Origin: Nitrospiraceae bacterium
GTDB taxonomy: Bacteria; Nitrospirota; Nitrospiria; Nitrospirales; Nitrospiraceae
Length of the DNA stretch: 64,000 nt
Assembly: GCA_037442105.1 (NCBI GenBank)
Contig: JBBIQV010000012.1
Location: 1 to 64,000 of the forward strand
Direction: 5' to 3'
Shown: piece by piece, positions 12,395-21,420 of the stretch
Position numbering within the stretch: position 1 is the stretch's first letter
How the letters are laid out: every line of letters starts with the position of its first letter
Position numbers and translations under genes: made by a program
Notes under the pieces: generated by a model
What the model was told of the DNA's origin: nothing
The model's database searches: none
What the model saw: the letters and a program-made list of their open reading frames with translations, nothing else

Positions 12395-14860
12395 ATGCCG
12401 TTAGATGAACGCTTAAGCCAGATCGCCATCGAAGATGAGATGCGTTCGTCCTACCTCGATTACGCCATGAGCGTGATCGTGGGCCGCGCGTTGCCGGACG
12501 TGCGCGACGGCCTGAAGCCGGTCCATCGCCGCATTCTCTACGGCATGAACGAGATGGGGCTGGTCCACAATCGGGCCTACCGCAAGTCGGCCAAGATTGT
12601 CGGCGAGATCATGGGCAACTACCACCCCCACGGCGATGCGGCGATCTACGATACGCTGGTGCGGATGGCGCAAGATTTCAACATGCGCTATCTGCTCGTG
12701 GACGGCCAGGGGAACTACGGGTCGGTCGACGGCGATCCGCCGGCGGCCATGCGCTACACCGAGGCGCGCATGACCAAGCTGGCGGAAGAGATGCTGGCCG
12801 ACATCGACAAGGAGACGGTGGATTTCGGCCCGAACTACGACGAATCGCGAGTGGAGCCGCTGGTCCTGCCCGCCAAGGTCCCCAACCTCCTGATCAACGG
12901 CGCCGGTGGCATCGCAGTCGGCTACGCCACGAACATTCCCACGCACAATATCGGCGAGGTCATCGAAGGGCTGCTGCTCATGATCGAGGATCAGGATGTG
13001 ACCCTGGCGCAGCTCATGAAGAAAATACCGGGACCGGATTTTCCCACGGCCGGCTTCATCTATGGAACGAGCGGCATCAAGGAGGCGTACGAGACGGGAC
13101 GCGGCCTGCTGACCTTGCGGGCCAAAGTGGCGATCGAAACGGATGAACGCACCGACCGCGAGCGGCTCATCGTTACGGAGATTCCCTACCAGGTCAACAA
13201 GGCCAAGCTGATCGAGAAGATCGCCGAGCTGATCTCGGACAAGCGGATGGAAGGCATTTCTGATCTTCGGGACGAATCCGACCGCGAGGGAGTCCGGATC
13301 GTGATCGAGCTGAAACGGGGCGAGATTCCTCTGGTGGTGCTCAACAACCTCTACAAGCATACGCAACTCCAGACGACCTTCGGCGTCATCATGCTGGCCT
13401 TGGTGAACAATCGTCCGGAGGTGCTTCCCCTCAAGCGGATTCTGTCGGCCTTTATCGAGCACCGGCGAGAAGTGGTCGTGCGCCGCACGGCCTATGAACT
13501 CCGCAAGGCTGAAGAGCGGGCGCACATCCTCGAAGGGCTCAAGATCGCGCTGGATAACCTCGATGCTGTGATCACGCTGATCCGCCGCTCCCAGTCGCCG
13601 GATGAAGCTCGCGGCGGCCTGATGCGGCAGTTCCGCCTGAGTGAGATCCAGGCCAACGCAATCCTGGACATGCGGCTGCAGCGGTTGACGCAACTCGAAC
13701 GCAACAAGCTGATCGAGGAGTACCGGGAGACGCTCAAACAGATCGAATACCTCAAATCCGTGCTTGGGAGCGAGGCCCTGGTGCGGAACATCATCAAGGA
13801 CGAACTGATCGAAGTGAGGGATGCGTACAAAGACGAGCGGCGCACCCAGATTGTGAAGGAAGAGGCAGAACTGTCCATTGAAGATCTCATCGCGGAGGAA
13901 GAAGTCGTCGTCACGATCTCGCACGCCGGTTACATCAAGCGCAACCCGGCATCCCTCTATCGGGCGCAGCGACGCGGCGGTAAGGGCAAGATCGGAATGG
14001 GGATCAAGGAAGAGGACTTCGTCGAAACGCTCTTCACGGCCTCGACACATGATTATCTCCTGTTCTTCACGGACGCAGGTAAGGTCTACTGGCTCAAAGT
14101 CCACGAGATTCCGGAAGCCGGCCGCGCCGCCAAAGGCAAGGCGCTCGTCAATCTGCTGGCGCTCTCGAGCGACGAGAAGGTCACGGCGACCATGCCGGTC
14201 AAAGAGTTTCGTGAAGACCGGTTCGTCGTCATGGCCACCAAGCAAGGCGTGGTCAAGAAGACGGAACTATCGGCTTACGGCAATCCACGTCAGGGCGGCA
14301 TCATCGCGTTGTCGTTGGATCAGGGAGACAAGTTGATCGGGGTGCAGGTCACCGACGGACAGCGCGAAATCCTGTTGGGCACGAAAGAGGGCATCACGAT
14401 CCGCTTCAAGGAAGACGATGTCCGCCCAATCGGGCGCACGGCGCACGGCGTCCGAGGGATCACGCTGGAGGAGGGCAACGAAGTGATCGGCATGGAAACC
14501 ATCACGCCGGACTCCACCACCCAAATCCTGACGGTCACCGAGGGCGGCTACGGCAAGCGCACGCCGGTGACCGAATATCGGGTGCAGGGACGTGGCGGCA
14601 AAGGCATCATCAGCGTCAAGACTACCGAGCGCAACGGTCTTGCAGTCGGCTTCCTCCAGGTGCGCGACGGAGACGAGATTATGCTGATGGCCGCTCAAGG
14701 CAAGGTGCTCCGCTGCAAGGTAGACGACATCCGCGAGATCGGCCGCAACACCCAAGGAGTGAGACTCCTCGATCTCGAAGGCGAGGGTGACCGAGTGGTG
14801 GCCGTCGCTCGCCTGGCGGAAAGTGCCGACGCTGCGCCCGAGGAAAGCGAAGGGAACTAG
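12395..14860 (+). CDS. gyrA: DNA gyrase subunit A
   Basis: YHPHGD, AAMRYTE, GyrA-box QRRGGKG. Confidence 0.99.
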   Translation: MPLDERLSQIAIEDEMRSSYLDYAMSVIVGRALPDVRDGLKPVHRRILYGMNEMGLVHNRAYRKSAKIVGEIMGNYHPHGDAAIYDTLVRMAQDFNMRYLLVDGQGNYGSVDGDPPAAMRYTEARMTKLAEEMLADIDKETVDFGPNYDESRVEPLVLPAKVPNLLINGAGGIAVGYATNIPTHNIGEVIEGLLLMIEDQDVTLAQLMKKIPGPDFPTAGFIYGTSGIKEAYETGRGLLTLRAKVAIETDERTDRERLIVTEIPYQVNKAKLIEKIAELISDKRMEGISDLRDESDREGVRIVIELKRGEIPLVVLNNLYKHTQLQTTFGVIMLALVNNRPEVLPLKRILSAFIEHRREVVVRRTAYELRKAEERAHILEGLKIALDNLDAVITLIRRSQSPDEARGGLMRQFRLSEIQANAILDMRLQRLTQLERNKLIEEYRETLKQIEYLKSVLGSEALVRNIIKDELIEVRDAYKDERRTQIVKEEAELSIEDLIAEEEVVVTISHAGYIKRNPASLYRAQRRGGKGKIGMGIKEEDFVETLFTASTHDYLLFFTDAGKVYWLKVHEIPEAGRAAKGKALVNLLALSSDEKVTATMPVKEFREDRFVVMATKQGVVKKTELSAYGNPRQGGIIALSLDQGDKLIGVQVTDGQREILLGTKEGITIRFKEDDVRPIGRTAHGVRGITLEEGNEVIGMETITPDSTTQILTVTEGGYGKRTPVTEYRVQGRGGKGIISVKTTERNGLAVGFLQVRDGDEIMLMAAQGKVLRCKVDDIREIGRNTQGVRLLDLEGEGDRVVAVARLAESADAAPEESEGN

Positions 14861-14895
14861 CCCGCCGATCCTCCGCGATTCCCCGTCTCTGAACC

Positions 14896-15507
14896 ATGGA
14901 ACCCCAGTTGCATCAGCCATCGCAACCGGCAGTTGGTCGGCCCAAACCTCCGCTCGACACGGTCGTGAAGCTCGCTCTGGGGGTTTTGTTCGGTTCGTTC
15001 GCTTTGATCTGGGGCGGCATGTTCCTCAGCCGGCCGGACCGGACCATCCCCCCTTACAGCATCGGCTCACAAGAGGGCTCATCTGTAGCCGTGCATGTGC
15101 CGGGCTGGACGAGCGATACGGAGATCGAAACCTTGATCGAGCGGTTCAGGAAGGTGGGGCGGGAGACAAAGAACTTCGGCTCGATGAAGATTCAGCCGAC
15201 CACACCGGGCGATCCGGCGGGCCGCTACGGCCGCATCACCATCTATATCTTCACGCACGACGCCTGGACTGAACCTGACATTCTTCATAAGTATCTGACC
15301 GGCGAGGACCAGGCCGTTCGCGAAGGATTCGAAAAGGCGCTCAGAGGTTTCTACCGGTTGGACGGATCGGAAGAAGAAGGCCGCATCGGGCCTCTCGTGA
15401 AGGGACCGGATACGCTCGGCACGGCAGCCTATTCGCGCGAACTCTTCAAGGGTCGAGTCTCGCCAAACGCTGCCCAGGCGCCATCTGATCCAGCGCGGCT
15501 GCCATGA
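14896..15507 (+). CDS. hypothetical single-TM membrane protein
   Basis: N-terminal hydrophobic helix followed by a soluble domain. Confidence 0.7.
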   Translation: MEPQLHQPSQPAVGRPKPPLDTVVKLALGVLFGSFALIWGGMFLSRPDRTIPPYSIGSQEGSSVAVHVPGWTSDTEIETLIERFRKVGRETKNFGSMKIQPTTPGDPAGRYGRITIYIFTHDAWTEPDILHKYLTGEDQAVREGFEKALRGFYRLDGSEEEGRIGPLVKGPDTLGTAAYSRELFKGRVSPNAAQAPSDPARLP

Positions 15508-15949
15508 CGGTGGTGAGGCGTGCACGAAGCTCAGGATCCTGCACGGCATGGGCATGCGCCTTGGCCTCCAGGATCGCCTGGGCCGTCGGTTGAGGATGGG
15601 ACTCAGCGGAGGCCGATGGAAGTTCCCCCGCCTGTACCTCGTTGACGAACTCCCCGATCCGCATCACGATCTCCGTCACCACCGGCTGGCCCGCCACTTC
15701 ATTGACTTTCTGGAGCAACTGAGGCTTAAGAAACGTAAGCTGCTGAAGCCAGACGGAGTTGTGCACGGAGAGGTATAGTTTCTTGAAGCGAATCTGATCG
15801 GGCCTGGTATGCGCGGCGATCTGCGCACCGACAATCTCCGGCCACTGGCGGCGCAGGCGGCATTCCAGCATTTTCGCTTCCAGACCGAAGCGGTGGGCGA
15901 TGCCGGAGAGAATCGAGCCGATGGAATCGAGGGGGCCCTGCCTGTGCAT
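15446..15949 (-). CDS. DUF721/DciA-family protein
   Basis: WPEIVGAQIAAHTRP...LYLSVHNSVWLQQLTFLK motif. Confidence 0.8.
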   Translation of the reverse strand: MHRQGPLDSIGSILSGIAHRFGLEAKMLECRLRRQWPEIVGAQIAAHTRPDQIRFKKLYLSVHNSVWLQQLTFLKPQLLQKVNEVAGQPVVTEIVMRIGEFVNEVQAGELPSASAESHPQPTAQAILEAKAHAHAVQDPELRARLTTVMAAALDQMAPGQRLARLDP

Positions 15950-16066
15950 GTTGGCATCTTAGCAAAAAAGCCTTCAGCTATCAGCAATCAGGTTCAGGCG
16001 CCTCGAAGAACATCAACTCCTCACCGCGGTGCGGTAGCTGATGGCTGAAAGCCGATCGCTGACACC

Positions 16067-16549
16067 ATGATGAAAAACAAAGACGAACAGCACAAAGTGG
16101 TGGCCACCAACCGGAAAGCCTTCCATGACTATTTCATCGAAGAAAGGCTCGAGGCTGGGATCGTCCTCAGGGGCACCGAGGTCAAGTCGCTGCGCGAGGG
16201 CCGCGTGAACCTGCAAGATAGCTATGCTTCTGTCGATGACGGCGAGGTCTATCTGCATCACTGCCACATCAGTCCTTACAGCCACGGCAACATCATGAAC
16301 CACGATCCGCTCCGGACACGCAAGCTGCTGCTGCACCGCAAGGAGATCAACAAGCTCATCGGCCGCACGCAGCAGCAAGGCTTCACCCTCGTGCCGCTCC
16401 GCATCTACTTCAGCGCGCGCGGTCAGGCAAAAGTCGAGCTGGCCCTCGCCAAGGGCAAGAAACAATACGACCGCCGCGAGGCGATCAAAGAACGGGAAGC
16501 GGGACGAGAAGTAGAGCGGGCAATGAAAGGCGGACGGCGCGGGGGATGA
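16067..16549 (+). CDS. smpB: SsrA-binding protein SmpB
   Basis: [36 protein letters not shown]. Confidence 0.98.
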   Translation: MMKNKDEQHKVVATNRKAFHDYFIEERLEAGIVLRGTEVKSLREGRVNLQDSYASVDDGEVYLHHCHISPYSHGNIMNHDPLRTRKLLLHRKEINKLIGRTQQQGFTLVPLRIYFSARGQAKVELALAKGKKQYDRREAIKEREAGREVERAMKGGRRGG

Positions 16550-16568
16550 CAGGAGAAAGTGAAAAGAA

Positions 16569-17116
16569 GTGAAGAAGAAATCGACACGCCGGACACGAAG
16601 TCGGGAAGGTAATAAGAAAAAAGACAGACGTTCAAGAGTGGGAAGCAGGAGGCCGCGTTTTGGGATTCACACGACTCAACGGAATACATCGACTTCTCGA
16701 AGAGCCGGCGCATGGTGTTCCCCCACCTGAAACCGTCGACCGAGACCATCTCACTTCGCTTGCCGCAATCTCTGCTGGATCAACTCAAAACCTTGGCAAA
16801 CAAACGGGACGTTCCGTATCAGACGCTCCTGAAACTCTTCGTCCTTGAGCGCGTCCAGGCGGAGCTCCACCGCAAGACCGCCAAAGCCTCGAATGTTCCT
16901 TCAAACTATGCGGCTGATGTTCCGGATTTGCCGGGCTGCATCACCGCCGGTGCAACCGTGGCGGAAACTGAATCCCTCATCCGCGAGGCCATCAAGTTTC
17001 ATCTCGAAGGTCTCAAGGCAGACGGCCTTCCAATCCCTCCACCAAGTAGCCAAGGCGAATACGTCGACGTCTCCGCACTAACCGGCTCAAGAATTTGCCC
17101 CTTGACTTGGTTCTAA
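16569..17116 (+). pseudogene. chimeric antitoxin remnant: CopG/BrnA-like RHH antitoxin fused to a HicB-like fragment
   Basis: EAAFWDSHDSTEY..FPHLKPSTETISLRLP...KRDVPYQTL in frame with YAADVPDLPGCITAGATVAE..IREAI; in-frame TAA at 16613 cuts off the native start. Confidence 0.65.
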
Positions 17117-17132
17117 CTAGAACTATTATACT
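17102..17132 (+). promoter_or_regulatory. sigma70-like promoter with overlapping palindromic operator
   Basis: TTGACT 17102-17107; TATTAT/TATACT 17124-17132; inverted repeat GTTCTA-AC-TAGAAC 17110-17123. Confidence 0.55.
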
Positions 17133-17218
17133 GTGGTGAGTTGAGGTATCGTTTCATTGCAGGCCGCAGGAGAAATCCCGGCCCTGCAGTGGGTCGGTTA
17201 ATCACAAGGGGGTGCCGT

Positions 17219-17662
17219 ATGAAATCATTCTTTGCGACAGATGATAATTGGGCAGGTCTGATTCTGCGGCTTACGCTGGGATTCGTCATGTTTCCGCATG
17301 GAGCGCAGAAGCTCCTGGGCTGGTATGGAGGCTTTGGATTCAGCGGAACTATGGGCTTCTTCACGGAGACGATGCACCTCCCTTGGCTGATCGCGTTTCT
17401 GATCATCATCGGGGAGGTCTTCGGCAGCCTCGGGTTATTGGTTGGATTTCTGACTCGGTTCTCAGCGGCCAGTATCGGCGTCATCATGATGGGCGCCATC
17501 ACGATGGTGCACCTCCCCAACGGTTTCTTCATGAATTGGTTCGGGAAGCAGGCCGGTGAAGGGTATGAGTACCATCTCCTGGTGATCGGGATCGCGGTTG
17601 CGCTCTTGATCACTGGCGCCGGCCGGTGGTCGGTGGATCAAGTCATTGCCGAGAAGATGTGA
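17219..17662 (+). CDS. DoxX family membrane protein
   Basis: [38 protein letters not shown]. Confidence 0.9.
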   Translation: MKSFFATDDNWAGLILRLTLGFVMFPHGAQKLLGWYGGFGFSGTMGFFTETMHLPWLIAFLIIIGEVFGSLGLLVGFLTRFSAASIGVIMMGAITMVHLPNGFFMNWFGKQAGEGYEYHLLVIGIAVALLITGAGRWSVDQVIAEKM

Positions 17663-17689
17663 GGATAATCGTACAAAGGAGAAGCCATC

Positions 17690-18331
17690 ATGTTTGTTGT
17701 GGTAGGAGCAACGGGGAACACGGGGTCTGTGGTAGCAGACACCCTACTGAGCAACAAGCAGCCGGTGCGAGTGGTTGTGCGCTCGGCTGGCAAGGGCGAG
17801 CAATGGAAAACGAAGGGAGCGGAGGTGGCGGTCGCCACCTACCAAGACATCAAGGCGATGACGAAAGCCTTCGAAGGTGCGAAGGGTGTCTATCTCCTCG
17901 TACCCCCGAACTATCACGCTCACGCCTGGCTCGCGGAACAGCAACGCACGATGGATCAGGCGGCGGAAGCGGTGAGGGCCAGCGGCATCGCGCACGTCGT
18001 TTTCCTATCATCCATCGGCGGTCAGATTCCGGAGGGGACCGGTCCCATCCGCGCCGTCCGGTACGGCGAACAGAAGTTGGGCACGGTGACGAAGAACCTG
18101 ACGATCCTTCGCCCCTGCTACTTCATGGACAACTGGGCTCCGGTGCTCGGCGCAGCGAAGGGCCAGGGTGTGCTGCCGACGTTCAAATCCTTCGGGTTCT
18201 CGGATGAAGCCGCGAAGCTGTTTGAAGAAATGTACACGTCATTCTCGAAAGGCGCGATCGGCTATGAACAGCCCGACAAGCTCGTGCGAGGCACGGTCAC
18301 CCTTTCGGAAGCGTTGCGTGGGATGGCGTAA
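17690..18331 (+). CDS. NmrA-like NAD(P)H-binding protein, apparently internally deleted
   Basis: GATGNTG Rossmann motif and LRPCYFMDNW; only 213 aa. Confidence 0.75.
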   Translation: MFVVVGATGNTGSVVADTLLSNKQPVRVVVRSAGKGEQWKTKGAEVAVATYQDIKAMTKAFEGAKGVYLLVPPNYHAHAWLAEQQRTMDQAAEAVRASGIAHVVFLSSIGGQIPEGTGPIRAVRYGEQKLGTVTKNLTILRPCYFMDNWAPVLGAAKGQGVLPTFKSFGFSDEAAKLFEEMYTSFSKGAIGYEQPDKLVRGTVTLSEALRGMA

Positions 18332-18345
18332 GAAAGGAGGCCAGC

Positions 18346-19230
18346 ATGGCGACAGACACAGCGATCACCAAAGAGGTGCTCGGCGTCTATCAGCCCGGAT
18401 CGACTCATATGGTCGGCGACGGATTTCCCGTACGGAACCTCTTTCCGAGCAACGAGCTGGACCGTGAAGTCGATCCCTTTCTCATGCTTGACTATGCGGG
18501 GCCGCAGTACTTCTCGCCGACCGACCATCCTCGTGGCGTGGGAGAGCATCCTCATCGCGGGTTCGAGACGGTCACGATTGTCTACGAAGGTGTTGTCGCA
18601 CACCGGGACTCGGCTGGAAATGCCGGCGTGATCGGTCCCGGCGACGTGCAGTGGATGACGGCGGCATCGGGGATCGTCCACGAGGAATTGCATGAAAAGG
18701 AGTTTGCAAAGAAGGGCGGCACCCTCCACGCCATTCAGTTGTGGGTGAATCTCCCGAAGGCATCGAAGATGTCGGTGCCCGGGTACCAGGCGATTCTAAA
18801 CGCAGATATCCCCGCTCTCGATCTCGGTGGCGGAGCCGGCCGCTTGCGCGTGATCGCCGGCACATTTCTCGGGCGCAAGGGACCCGCGCGCACCTGTACG
18901 CCGATCGAGCTGTACGACCTGCAACTTGCTGCCGGGCGCCGTCTTGAGCTGAGTTTGCCTGATGGACACAACACGTCGATCTTCGTGTTACAGGGTCAAG
19001 CTTCGGTGAACGGATCGCGCGAGGCGGGAGAAGCAGAACTGATCGTGTGCAAGCGAAACGGCACGCAGGTCGCGGTCGAAGCGCGGGAAGATAGCCGGCT
19101 CTTGGTCATGAGCGGCGAGCCGATCGAGGAACCGATCGCCCGCTATGGGCCGTTTGTTATGAATACGAAAGATGAACTGATCCAGGCGGTACAAGACTAT
19201 CAGGCCGGGCGGATGGGGCATCTGTCATGA
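18346..19230 (+). CDS. pirin family protein
   Basis: DPFLMLD, HPHRGFETVT, QWMTAASGIVHEE, YGPFVMN. Confidence 0.95.
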   Translation: MATDTAITKEVLGVYQPGSTHMVGDGFPVRNLFPSNELDREVDPFLMLDYAGPQYFSPTDHPRGVGEHPHRGFETVTIVYEGVVAHRDSAGNAGVIGPGDVQWMTAASGIVHEELHEKEFAKKGGTLHAIQLWVNLPKASKMSVPGYQAILNADIPALDLGGGAGRLRVIAGTFLGRKGPARTCTPIELYDLQLAAGRRLELSLPDGHNTSIFVLQGQASVNGSREAGEAELIVCKRNGTQVAVEAREDSRLLVMSGEPIEEPIARYGPFVMNTKDELIQAVQDYQAGRMGHLS

Positions 19231-19281
19231 ACGTTTACCGACAAGAAGTCACGACTCACTCAGCAAAAAAGGAGAGATGGC

Positions 19282-19650
19282 ATGAGCACACCCAACCTAC
19301 AGCAGCGGCTTCAGGATCTTCTGAACCATATCCGGCAGGGCAAGATCATTGAGGCCATGAACGAGTTCTACGACAAGGACACGACGATGCAGGAGAATGC
19401 GAATCCGCCGACCGTCGGACTGGCTGCCAATATTGAACGGGAAAAGCAGTGGCTCAGCGGCGTCAAGGAGGTAAAGGGATTTGATGTGAAAGCCACAGGC
19501 GTGGGCGACAACGCGACGTTTTATGAATGCACATTGGACTTCATTGCCACGAACGGAACACCAGTCCATCTGGAGCAAGTGTCGGTTGCCAAGTGGAAGA
19601 ACGGCAAGATTGTCCACGAGCGGTTCTACTACGACACCGGGAACAGGTAA
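19282..19650 (+). CDS. SnoaL-like / NTF2-family protein
   Basis: EQVSVAKWKNGKIVHERFYY C-terminal motif. Confidence 0.85.
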   Translation: MSTPNLQQRLQDLLNHIRQGKIIEAMNEFYDKDTTMQENANPPTVGLAANIEREKQWLSGVKEVKGFDVKATGVGDNATFYECTLDFIATNGTPVHLEQVSVAKWKNGKIVHERFYYDTGNR

Positions 19651-19675
19651 GGGGTGAGGGGTTGGGAGTTCAACC

Positions 19676-20122
19676 ATGAAAGCTCATTATCTCGGCCACG
19701 TCGTGTTCTATGTGAAAGATCTGGAGCGATCGCTGGCCTTCTATCGGGACCTGTTGGGATTCCAGGAGATCGGACGCATCTTCAACGGTGCGGCTGCTGC
19801 GCTGACGTCCGGGCGTACGCATCACGAGCTGTTGTTGATCCAAGTCGGCGATGCGCCGGGACCGCCGACCGGCAGACGACGCGGCCTCTATCACGTCGGC
19901 ATCAAGGTCGGCGACAGTCTCAATGAACTGCGTGCAGCCAAGAAGGAATTGGAAACCGCCGGCATCTCGATCGACGGCATGAGCGACCACACCGTCAGCC
20001 AAAGCCTCTACCTTCGCGATCCCGACGGCAACGAAGTGGAACTGTACGTCGATGCCGATGCATCGTTGTGGAAAGACAATCCCGCGGCTGTCCTCTCGCC
20101 CATCAAACCGCTGCATGTGTGA
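19676..20122 (+). CDS. VOC/glyoxalase family protein
   Basis: LGHVV..VKDLERSLAFYRDLLG, GLYHV, LYLRDPDGNEVELY. Confidence 0.9.
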   Translation: MKAHYLGHVVFYVKDLERSLAFYRDLLGFQEIGRIFNGAAAALTSGRTHHELLLIQVGDAPGPPTGRRRGLYHVGIKVGDSLNELRAAKKELETAGISIDGMSDHTVSQSLYLRDPDGNEVELYVDADASLWKDNPAAVLSPIKPLHV

Positions 20123-20223
20123 CGAGCACAGAGCCCCGGCCGGCCTGCCGCGAGTGCAATAGGTGCTTGTCTACGGTACACTGAGTACCGCGTCGTGCCC
20201 CCTCGCGTGACAAGAGGTCATCG

Positions 20224-21420
20224 GTGAAGACCTATCGGTACATTGGTCGATTCTTCCTCATGATGTGTGCGGGCGCCATCGTGGCCGGCTGGCTGGGTTG
20301 CAAACAGGAGGCCGGCTCAGCCCCCGCTCCTTCCGTTCCCGAGGTCGAGGTCCTCACCGTGACGGCTCAGACTGTACCCGACGAACCGGAGTTCATCGGG
20401 CAGGCGGAATCCTCGCGTCCCGTCGAGATCCGATCACAGGTCACCGGCATCATCAAGGAGCGTTTCTTCCGCGAAGGCCGGGACGTCAAGAAAGGCGATC
20501 GTCTGTATCAGATCGATCCGGTCCCCTTCCGGGCAGCCGTGCTCAGCGCCAAGGCGAAAGTCGCTCAAGCTGAGGCCCGGCTCGTCCAGGCCAAGCAGAA
20601 TCTTGCTCGTGTGAAACCGTTGCTCGCGGAGCAGGCGGTCAGCCAGAAGGATGTGGACGATGCCGTGGCGGAAGAACTCGCTGCCAAGGCGGCGCTCGAA
20701 GGCGCGAAGGGAGAGCTCGTCAAAGCCAAGTTCGATCTCGACAATACCCTGATCACCGCGCCCATTGACGGAATGATCGAACGAACCCGCGTCTACGAAG
20801 GGCGATTGGTCTCCGTGCAAAGCGACCTCCTCACAGTCATTCAGCAAGTGGACCCCATGTACGTGACCGTCAGCGCGCCGGAGACCTTCCTTCTCAAGCG
20901 GCGGCGGGATATTGCGGCCAAGAAGATTCAGCATCCGGGGGTCTATCAGTTACGCGGGATCATCAAGTTCGTGGACGGCACCACGTACGAGCATGAAGGA
21001 GTCCTGGACTTGCTGGATGTCGGCCTCCGCACGGAGACCGGCTCTCGGCAGGCGCGCGTCACCTTCCCGAACCCCGACCGGCTGCTGATTCCGGGACAGT
21101 TCGTCACAGTCCGGTTCAAAGGCACCGTGAAAACGGGCGCGATCCTGGTTCCACAGCGAGCGGTCCAGCAAGGACCGAAGGGACCGATTCTGTTTGTCGT
21201 CGGCGATGGTGACCAGGTGGAGATCCGCCCGGTTCAGGCTACCAGTTGGCAGGGCAACCAGTGGGTGATCGAGGAAGGGTTGCGCGCCGGCGAGCGGGTG
21301 ATCGTGGAGGGTCTTCATAAGATCGCGCCGGGGGCTCCCGTCAAACCGGTCCCCATGAAAGAAGCCGGTACGGTCTCCGCCCCTCAGCCGGCTGATGCCG
21401 GCAGAGAGCAGGCCAAGTGA
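20224..21420 (+). CDS. RND efflux periplasmic adaptor (AcrA-like lipoprotein)
   Basis: Lipobox WLGC, VEIRSQVTG, LYQIDP, ITAPIDG, VPQRAV. Confidence 0.93.
   Translation: MKTYRYIGRFFLMMCAGAIVAGWLGCKQEAGSAPAPSVPEVEVLTVTAQTVPDEPEFIGQAESSRPVEIRSQVTGIIKERFFREGRDVKKGDRLYQIDPVPFRAAVLSAKAKVAQAEARLVQAKQNLARVKPLLAEQAVSQKDVDDAVAEELAAKAALEGAKGELVKAKFDLDNTLITAPIDGMIERTRVYEGRLVSVQSDLLTVIQQVDPMYVTVSAPETFLLKRRRDIAAKKIQHPGVYQLRGIIKFVDGTTYEHEGVLDLLDVGLRTETGSRQARVTFPNPDRLLIPGQFVTVRFKGTVKTGAILVPQRAVQQGPKGPILFVVGDGDQVEIRPVQATSWQGNQWVIEEGLRAGERVIVEGLHKIAPGAPVKPVPMKEAGTVSAPQPADAGREQAK

Noticed and set aside
12413..14245. 610-aa antisense ORF in gyrA, and similar long shadows in otsA, the RND genes, hsdR and clpX
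   Set aside because: Antisense shadow ORFs typical of GC-rich coding DNA; no motifs
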